From positions 4,480,001 through 4,544,000 of the forward strand of contig OZ255842.1 in the NCBI GenBank assembly GCA_965277805.1: a stretch of 64,000 bases of DNA. The letters run 5' to 3'. The number at the start of each line of letters is the position of its first letter. Within the stretch, counting starts at the first letter, position 1. The notes below the pieces were generated by a model, which saw only the letters and a program-made list of their open reading frames with translations, ran no database searches and had not been told where the DNA came from. Below, piece by piece: positions 57,261 to 64,000 of the stretch. The position numbers and the translations under genes are program-made. Source of the DNA: Candidatus Lustribacter sp. (lineage in GTDB: Bacteria; Vulcanimicrobiota; Vulcanimicrobiia; Vulcanimicrobiales; Vulcanimicrobiaceae).

Positions 57261-58310
57261 ATGAATACTTTACGCATTGGATTCAAAAGCGCGGCAGTCG
57301 CGCTTTTAGCAGTCGGCGCGTTGTTCGCCGGCTGGAACGTCACGCAAGGCGCGGTGCCCGACCGTTTTACGACTGAGAGCAACGCCTGGATAAACTCCCC
57401 TATGCTGACCAGCGAGTCGCTGCTCGGAAAAGTCGTGCTGGTCAATTTTTGGACCTATTCATGCATCAATAGCCTGCGCGCTTTACCGTACACCGAGAGC
57501 TGGGCGGTAAAATATAAGAATGCGGGCCTCGTCGTGGTCGGCGTGCACACGCCGGAATTCTCGTTTGAGAAGGAGCGCCCGAACGTCGAGCGTGCCGTAC
57601 GTGATTTGAGCGTCACCTACCCGATCGTCATGGACAGCAACTATCGGATCTGGCAAGCCTTCAGCAATGAGTACTGGCCGGCGTTTTATCTGATCGATCG
57701 CAAGGGTGTCATTCGTGCCCATTACTTCGGGGAAGGCGAATACGCCGACGCCGAACGCGAGATTCAGAAGCTGCTACACGAAGGCGGAGTAGTGCCCGTG
57801 CCTTTCGGTGCCGTGAACCCATCAGCGGGCGGAGTGAAGGCCGCACCTGATTTCGCTGGCGGCCAGTCTCCCGAATCCTACCTCGGCTATAATCGCGCCG
57901 AACGTTTTGCTTCGACCGAACGGTTGACGCCGGCTGCGCAAACGACCTACAGCTTGCCGCCCGAACTGGCTTTGAATCAGTGGGGACTGAGTGGTTCGTG
58001 GAGCGTCGGCAGCGAGAGTGCCGTGCCGGTCTCCGTCTCCGGCACGATCGAATTTCGATTTCACAGCCGCGATCTGCACATGGTGTTAGGCCCAACCAAG
58101 GACGGCAAACCCGTCCGCTTCCGGATAACGCTTGACGGCGCTGCGCCCGGTGCCGATTGCGGGATCGACTGCGCATCTGACGGCAGCGGCGAGGTCCGCC
58201 TGCCGCGGCTCTATCAGCTCGTCAGGCAAAAGGGTCAGATCAAAGACCGGACGTTCGAGATTAGATTCCTTGACGCCGGCGTTCGCGCTTACGTCTTCAC
58301 GTTCGGTTGA
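57261..58310 (+). CDS. Exported DipZ-like redoxin (thioredoxin domain plus C-terminal beta domain), CxxS variant
   Basis: GKVVLVNFWTYSCINSLR, GVHTPEFSFE, NEYWPA, SPESYLGY, RFHSRDLHMV, PRLYQL, AYVFTFG. Confidence 0.88.
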   Translation: MNTLRIGFKSAAVALLAVGALFAGWNVTQGAVPDRFTTESNAWINSPMLTSESLLGKVVLVNFWTYSCINSLRALPYTESWAVKYKNAGLVVVGVHTPEFSFEKERPNVERAVRDLSVTYPIVMDSNYRIWQAFSNEYWPAFYLIDRKGVIRAHYFGEGEYADAEREIQKLLHEGGVVPVPFGAVNPSAGGVKAAPDFAGGQSPESYLGYNRAERFASTERLTPAAQTTYSLPPELALNQWGLSGSWSVGSESAVPVSVSGTIEFRFHSRDLHMVLGPTKDGKPVRFRITLDGAAPGADCGIDCASDGSGEVRLPRLYQLVRQKGQIKDRTFEIRFLDAGVRAYVFTFG

Positions 58311-58842
58311 GCCGTGACGGTGTAGTCGCCATCGCACAACAAACCGGTTCACAAAGCACCTATGTTCCCAGCGTATTCGTGAAGAATTTATGCCGCCCCC
58401 TTAGGCTCCGCCGGTTTCCCCGGTGTCGTCTTGTGCACCGTCGCAGTCTGAGCTCTCCCGGATTCTTCGCGGCGGCCTCGGAGAATGGGGTAACGATGCG
58501 CAGTGCCTTGCGTGCAACGATAATCGAGCGTGGTCAACCCCTCGCATTCAATCGAAACGTTCGTGTTGCGTTCATGCGGCGCGCCGGATATCCGGGGCCC
58601 ACGCGACGCCGGTATTTATCTGGGATCTCGGTCGAGAGTGCTACCCATACGCAAAACCTGACTCATGCTTTTCCTAGGCACTCGCCTTCGTATAAGTCGG
58701 TTGATCACTCCCGATTGTTTGGTGCGGAGGTTTGTTTCGTACCTAATGCTCAGGAAGAGCAACGATAAAACAGCCCAACGAACGCGAGCGCCGTTACGAC
58801 GAGGCGGGTGCGACACTGACAAAAGCCTAAGGCCATCCCGCC

Positions 58843-61329
58843 GTGAAGAACCGGAAACCGCCTGCTGCTGCCGCAACGAATGCTCTTTCGAGCCTATCCG
58901 ACGAAGCGGGACTACGGCGCAACCCACTCCTGCTTGCCGCAAGAACCGTCCCGGCGTACGGAGCACTGCGCAGCGCGATTCTACGAGCGCTGCACTCACT
59001 CACGTGGAATGAACTGAGCAGCAGACCGGAGCACCGCCGCCATTACGAGATCCTTGCGCGGTGCGACCTGCAGGGTGAGGCGCACAAAGGAGTCTTTGCG
59101 GCGCTAGGCATTTCTCGCCGTCAGTTCTATCGCGAGCGCCAAGCGGCTGCCCTTCGACTTGCTGCCGCAATCGAGTCCGAGCTGCAACGGCTGCAGTCGA
59201 CCCTTCCACGCTACCTGTCACCAATAGTCGGCCGCCTGGATGATATCGCGAATATTGGATCCGCAATACAACGGGAGCCGCTGTTGACGATAACTGGCCC
59301 GGGAGGCGTCGGAAAGACGCGACTAGCCGTTCACGTAGCACAGGAACTGCTCGAAGCGTACGACGGTGAGATCTACTTTGTTGACCTAGCGCGCGTTGCG
59401 GATCCCGTAGGCGTGCCGAGTGCGATTGCGGACGTGCTCGGCATTGCCGACGAACAAGCGTCGCACCCATTGACAGCGCGAATCGCTACAGCCCTGAACG
59501 GTAAAACGGCGCTGATCGTGCTGGATAACTGCGAACATGTGGTCGCGGCTGCGGCCGCCGTAGCTGAGGAGCTCATTCAATCTTCGCACCAGGCGCGCAT
59601 TCTTGCGACGAGCCGGGAGCCGCTTGGCGTAGCCGACGAAGCGGTTTATCGTTTGCAGCCCTTCGCCGAGGCTGAGGCCGTCGAACTTTTTGTCGCGCGG
59701 GCGCGAAGCGCGCGGCGCGATTTCGAACTTACCGACGAGAATGCGGCTTCCGTAACGGGGATCGCGAGGCGGCTGGACGGCATTCCACTTGCGATTGAAA
59801 TCGCCGCCGCACGTTTGAAAGCACTAAACCTCGAGCAGTTAGAGATGTGCCTTGAGGATCGTCTCTTATCGCTCGCAAGCCCGAAGCGCTCGGAGGGCCG
59901 TCATCGGACACTTTCCGCGATGATCGAGTGGAGCTACGATCTGCTCTCCGTCGCGGAACAAACGGCCCTGCGGCAAGTAGCGGTTTTTCGCGGCGGCTGC
60001 ACCCTCGAAGCCGCCGAGGCCATTTGCTGCGCCGAACAGGTTGCTGGTTGGAATATTCAAACTGCGCTCGAGGCCTTAGTCGACAAATCGTTGATCGTAT
60101 TCAGTGGCGCGGCCGAGCACTCGCGTTACAGCATATTGGAGCCGACCAGACAATTTGCACTCGCCCGGTTAACGCGCGACGAGGCCGCCCAGGTTGGTGC
60201 GCGCCATGCATCGTTCTTCGCCGGGGTGGCAAAGCTCAGGCACGATGACTATTGGCGCGCCGATACCGCATCGTGGCTGGCATCGGTTCGCCGCGACCTC
60301 GACAATTTTCGCGCGGCGATCGATTGGGGATTGAGCGACACCGGCGATCCCGCAGTGGCGGGCCTGATCGTTGGAAGTCTGCGGCGATTCTGGTGTTCGT
60401 GCGCAAGTCGCGAAGGGCGCTGGTTCCTCGAGCGCGTAAAGCCGGCAATTGGTCGTGCCGGGCCGGACCTGGCGTTAGGACTGTTGGCCCTCACGGAGGC
60501 GCATCTCAGGGCGTATTCGACGCTAAACGGACTGGCTGCGGTTGAAGCGGCAAAGCGTTTAGCGGGCGTCGATGAGGCCGCACGAGTCGAAGCACTTTTG
60601 CTCGGAGCACAATCGCTTTCGCTCGAGGGCCGGCTTCAAGAAACGATCGAGACGCTCAAGACGGTATTGGTGGCGGCCCGCGCTACGCAAGTGCCGCACT
60701 TAATTGCGCGGGTTCTTTGCTTTGCGGCGAACCGAGTTGGCGTCGCCGGCGATCCAGAGCGCGCAAGCATGCTCTTTGAGGAAGCGGCGATGCTTTTGGA
60801 AGATTGGCATGATTCGCTGGAGTTTGCAAAACTGCAATACCTGTGGGCAGAGCTCGACTTCTGCCAAGGCGATGCCGATGCAGCCATCGTGCATTCGCGC
60901 GCGGCCGAGCTGGCCTTGCGCGCCGCCGACGCGGAGGGGTTTCTCCCCGCGGTGATTGTGAATCGCGCCGCGTACTTGCTCGCCCTTGGGCAGTTCGATG
61001 AGGCGATGTTCGCTTGCCGGCAGGCCGTGAAGTCGGCATTGACGAGCGGCGCTGCGGGGACGATTGTAATGGCCGTAGGGCACGTCGCGCATGTAGCGGC
61101 TGAACGCGGGAACTTGGCTCGAGCGGCAAGCCTGCTCGGTTACGTCAACATGGAGTACGACACAACGATCCAAACGAGCAAACGCGAGAATACCGAGCAG
61201 ATCGGTTACGATCGCACGATCGCGTTGATTCGCGCGGCACTCCCGGAAGAGCGAATTAGCGCGCTGATGGCCGAGGGGGCGGCCATGGGCCAAGCAGCCG
61301 CCTTAGCGCAGGTAGCCGCACTGGCGTAG
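58843..61329 (+). CDS. HTH - NB-ARC-like ATPase - TPR regulator (STAND class)
   Basis: HTH-like LGISRRQFYRE; GPGGVGKTRL; VLDNCEH; TSREPL; LDGIPLAIEIAAAR; IEWSYDLL; helical repeats at the C-terminus. Confidence 0.88.
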   Translation: MKNRKPPAAAATNALSSLSDEAGLRRNPLLLAARTVPAYGALRSAILRALHSLTWNELSSRPEHRRHYEILARCDLQGEAHKGVFAALGISRRQFYRERQAAALRLAAAIESELQRLQSTLPRYLSPIVGRLDDIANIGSAIQREPLLTITGPGGVGKTRLAVHVAQELLEAYDGEIYFVDLARVADPVGVPSAIADVLGIADEQASHPLTARIATALNGKTALIVLDNCEHVVAAAAAVAEELIQSSHQARILATSREPLGVADEAVYRLQPFAEAEAVELFVARARSARRDFELTDENAASVTGIARRLDGIPLAIEIAAARLKALNLEQLEMCLEDRLLSLASPKRSEGRHRTLSAMIEWSYDLLSVAEQTALRQVAVFRGGCTLEAAEAICCAEQVAGWNIQTALEALVDKSLIVFSGAAEHSRYSILEPTRQFALARLTRDEAAQVGARHASFFAGVAKLRHDDYWRADTASWLASVRRDLDNFRAAIDWGLSDTGDPAVAGLIVGSLRRFWCSCASREGRWFLERVKPAIGRAGPDLALGLLALTEAHLRAYSTLNGLAAVEAAKRLAGVDEAARVEALLLGAQSLSLEGRLQETIETLKTVLVAARATQVPHLIARVLCFAANRVGVAGDPERASMLFEEAAMLLEDWHDSLEFAKLQYLWAELDFCQGDADAAIVHSRAAELALRAADAEGFLPAVIVNRAAYLLALGQFDEAMFACRQAVKSALTSGAAGTIVMAVGHVAHVAAERGNLARAASLLGYVNMEYDTTIQTSKRENTEQIGYDRTIALIRAALPEERISALMAEGAAMGQAAALAQVAALA

Positions 61330-61330
61330 T

Positions 61331-61348
61331 TGGCACTTTCCCGGCACT
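61331..61348 (+). promoter_or_regulatory. GGCACT direct repeat with 11-bp period
   Basis: TGGCACTTTCCCGGCACT upstream of 61427; similar motif at 62286. Confidence 0.4.
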
Positions 61349-61426
61349 CGATGCGGGATTACGGGGCATACCCGCGGGGAACGCGCTGAGCACTAATGTA
61401 CGATTCCGTCAAACATCGGAGATTTA

Positions 61427-62260
61427 GTGAAGAAGATTCTGACGCTCGTCGTGGCTGCAGTTCTTTTGTTGTCAGTTGCGGCAAGCCCGTACGCTAAGGC
61501 ATCAACCGATGGTCACGTGCTCCAACCGCTACCGCGAGATCTGGAAATTCAGTTAGCGCTCAGCGCTCTTCCGCCCTATCTCAGAGACAAGGCAACTGTT
61601 TATGTTTTGAATCCTGACAAGGGCTTTGATGTCGCCCGGCCCGGAACGAATGGATTTCACGCATTCGTTGCGCGAACGGGCGACGACTCGTTCCGGGGTA
61701 CTTGGCCTTTAAAAAAATATCGCGATGATATTCTCTACCCCATCTCGTTTGATAGTACAGGTGTGAAGGCAGGGATGCAGGTCTTTATTGATGCTGCTGC
61801 GCTGCAGGCTAGAGGCACGCCGCCTGAAGAGCTGAAGCAGATCATCCAAGAGCGTTACAAGACTGGCTATTACAAACCGCCGGTGCGACCTGGTGTTTCG
61901 TACATGATATCTCCCATCCTAAGAACGTATGTCAATCCGGAGATTAGTGACCAAGTCGCTACTACCGTCGTCCCTCACATAATGCACTATGCTCCCTACC
62001 TTTCCACGAAAGATCTCGGCGGTAAATTTCCAACACCGGAACAATTGCGTTTCTTCAGCACGCACGGGCGCTACCAGGACACGCCGTCTCCTTTCGTCAT
62101 CATGCACGGTATGCACGGGTATTTCATTCAGTTTCTCGGCGTAGCGGAAAGAGATGCCATCGTCAAGCAATACGCACCGATGCTCGCACGACTCTGCAGG
62201 ATCAAAGAAGCGTGGTGTTTGCCTGAGAAGTTGCCTTCGCTAGCGCCTGGGCAAATGTAG
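61427..62260 (+). CDS. Secreted hypothetical protein
   Basis: GGAG SD; signal peptide MKKILTLVVAAVLLLSVAASPYAKA; EIQLALSALP...ATVYVL...GTNGF, GVSYMISP, PHIMHYAP. Confidence 0.75.
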   Translation: MKKILTLVVAAVLLLSVAASPYAKASTDGHVLQPLPRDLEIQLALSALPPYLRDKATVYVLNPDKGFDVARPGTNGFHAFVARTGDDSFRGTWPLKKYRDDILYPISFDSTGVKAGMQVFIDAAALQARGTPPEELKQIIQERYKTGYYKPPVRPGVSYMISPILRTYVNPEISDQVATTVVPHIMHYAPYLSTKDLGGKFPTPEQLRFFSTHGRYQDTPSPFVIMHGMHGYFIQFLGVAERDAIVKQYAPMLARLCRIKEAWCLPEKLPSLAPGQM

Positions 62261-62285
62261 GTAAGGGGACGACGAAATCAGCCGG

Positions 62286-62302
62286 TGGCACTCCTTTGGC
62301 AC
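62286..62302 (+). promoter_or_regulatory. TGGCAC direct repeat with 11-bp period
   Basis: TGGCACTCCTTTGGCAC upstream of 62409. Confidence 0.4.
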
Positions 62303-62408
62303 CGTTGCAACGCTTAATGCGCCTATCCTACGGAAAAACCACCGATATGGAGTCGCAAAAGGGCGGCTGTTCGACCGCTGACCGCACCGATCGTAATAAG
62401 CGTGCACC

Positions 62409-63077
62409 ATGAGCGCGGCGTCTAAGCTTTTGCCGCTGGGCGGCCTAGCAATCATCGCGGCTGCCACTTGGGCCTATCTTTTCACCATCGCGATGACATT
62501 CACGAAGAACGTTATGACCATGCCGGACGGAGCCCTCATGACGGTCCCCATCGAGTGGGCGCCTGCGCATGTCATGCGCCTCTTTCTGATGTGGGCGGTG
62601 ATGACGGTGGCGATGATGCTACCGAGCGCATTGCCGGCAGCCGCACGACTTTCCGGTCCGCCGATGCTCCGCTTCGCGGGAGCCTACACGGCGGCGTGGA
62701 TCGCGTTCGCCGTGGCCGCAACGCTTTCACAATGGCTGCTGTCGTCAGCTGGTTTAATGTCCGATGGAATGGCGCTCTCCAACAAAATACTTGCCGGGGC
62801 TATCCTCATCGCGATTGGGCTTTACCACTTGACGCCACTGACGGCCCAAGATCTCGAACGCTGCCATAATCGCAAAGATTACGTCGTGGCCTGCCTCAGG
62901 TGCTGTGCGCCGCTGATGCTTATTATGTTCGTCGTCGGGACCATGAACCTGACATGGTCGATTGGACTCACCCTCTTTGTCGCGACGGAAAAAGCTTGGA
63001 ACCGCGGCGTCTGGCTCGCGTGGGTTGGAGGATTGACCCTCGTTACCTGGGGAGCGTCGCAACTCTTGAGCACATGA
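62409..63077 (+). CDS. DUF2182 predicted metal-binding integral membrane protein
   Basis: MWAVMTVAMMLPS, GLYHLTPL, CLRCC.PLM..MFVVG.MNL, EK. Confidence 0.82.
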   Translation: MSAASKLLPLGGLAIIAAATWAYLFTIAMTFTKNVMTMPDGALMTVPIEWAPAHVMRLFLMWAVMTVAMMLPSALPAAARLSGPPMLRFAGAYTAAWIAFAVAATLSQWLLSSAGLMSDGMALSNKILAGAILIAIGLYHLTPLTAQDLERCHNRKDYVVACLRCCAPLMLIMFVVGTMNLTWSIGLTLFVATEKAWNRGVWLAWVGGLTLVTWGASQLLST

Positions 63078-63087
63078 AGTCAGCTAG

Positions 63088-63819
63088 ATGTCAGCAACCG
63101 CGGCGTCGCGCACGATCGAGATCGAGCGAAGCGCGAAAGGATCGTATATCGTGGATTCAAGTCTCTTGATGCCGGGAGCCGGAGAAGAGTACCGGCTCTC
63201 GCGGGATCGCCTTCGCTCGGCAGAAATCGACTTACGCGATCGCATTGAGGCGGTAGCGGCGATGCGCCGAGAACTGCCACCGGGCCCGCCCGTTCTAGAT
63301 TACGCTTTCATCGAAAGCAACAATCGCGTTCGCCTCTCGCAGCTATTCGCTGCGGATAAGCCGTACTTGATTGTCTATCATTTGATGTATTGGCCTGATG
63401 ACGGTTCATTCTGCCCGAGTTGCTCGATGTGGATCGATGGATTCAACGGCATCGCTCCGCACATCACGCAGCAGGTAAACTTCGTTGTTGCCTCCCGAGC
63501 CCCAATCGAGCGAATCCATGAGTGGGCGGAACATCGGGAGTGGCGTCGCCTGCGCTTTCTTTCCGACGAGGGAGCGGTTTTCGCGCAACATATTGGCGCC
63601 GAAGATGGCGAAGGCAACCCGGATTCGACGATTGCCGTGTTCGCAAAAGAGAGCGGCGGCGTTCGCCACGTCTACACTGCGCATCCGACGCTGGAGGGGC
63701 GCGGTCAAGGCTTGGATTTGCTGACTCCGGCGTACGCACTTCTCGATCTTACGCCGGCCGGCCGTGGCGACTGGGATCCATCGAATGAGGCATTCGACGA
63801 ACAAGTGTCCCTCTGTTGA
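63088..63819 (+). CDS. DUF899 thioredoxin-like protein
   Basis: VAAMRRELPPG, LSQLF, LIVYHLMY, CPSCSMWIDG, SRAP, LDLTPAGR. Confidence 0.88.
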   Translation: MSATAASRTIEIERSAKGSYIVDSSLLMPGAGEEYRLSRDRLRSAEIDLRDRIEAVAAMRRELPPGPPVLDYAFIESNNRVRLSQLFAADKPYLIVYHLMYWPDDGSFCPSCSMWIDGFNGIAPHITQQVNFVVASRAPIERIHEWAEHREWRRLRFLSDEGAVFAQHIGAEDGEGNPDSTIAVFAKESGGVRHVYTAHPTLEGRGQGLDLLTPAYALLDLTPAGRGDWDPSNEAFDEQVSLC

Positions 63820-63851
63820 CACCTCGAACCTTGACCAGATCGGAGATAAAA

Positions 63852-64000
63852 ATGCAGACATCGTATGAGAACAGCAGCCATGGCGAACCGCATATGAAAA
63901 CGCCGCCGGTTGTGTCGCCGCAAGAGTGGCAGGCTGCGCACGAACAACTGCTCGCAAAAGAAAAAGCCCAGATGCAAGCCCATGACGCGCTTGCGGCCGA
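63852..64000 (+). CDS. Second DUF899 protein, truncated by the window end
   Basis: GGAG SD; MQTSYENSSHGEPHMKTPPVVSPQEWQAAHEQLLAKEKAQMQAHDALAA. Confidence 0.75.
   Translation, partial: MQTSYENSSHGEPHMKTPPVVSPQEWQAAHEQLLAKEKAQMQAHDALAA

Noticed and set aside
58311-58842. Long intergenic region as an ncRNA or small gene
   Set aside because: The ORFs lack SD and motif support and no known RNA consensus was recognised

Overview
GC-rich bacterial accessory region with about 55 densely packed genes. I saw no rRNA, tRNA, CRISPR array, transposase or integrase. The gene styles (stand-alone secreted TonB-C protein, HTH-ATPase-TPR regulators, short MmyB-like XRE proteins, DUF4760-like membrane proteins, short-form DnaK) suggest a soil Terrabacteria lineage such as Eremiobacterota/Vulcanimicrobiota; this is inference only. 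Main blocks: (1) LuxR-ATPase regulator, TonB-C protein and MHYT-GAF-GGDEF-EAL protein; (2) small catabolic modules with orphan solute-binding proteins, cynS and a Rieske oxygenase; (3) a tightly linked Crp - PP2C - MASE4/GAF/GGDEF/EAL - kaiC - kaiB - diguanylate cyclase operon with no kaiA (19.9-27.0 kb); (4) a candidate RiPP-like system of an 80-aa Asp/Gly repeat peptide, a JmjC 2OG-Fe(II) oxygenase and a sucrase-ferredoxin, next to hemerythrin, an IPNS-like oxygenase and a PLP enzyme (28.2-33.6 kb); (5) dnaK-grpE-dnaJ bracketed by a ~0.55 kb direct repeat, one copy intact and one pseudogenised; (6) an epoxide hydrolase / NodVW-FixJ-like two-component / catalase / DipZ-like block; (7) an NB-ARC-like TPR regulator followed by DUF2182/DUF899 genes, with GGCAC direct repeats upstream of two downstream genes. 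All family assignments come from motif recognition by eye; no database searches were run.
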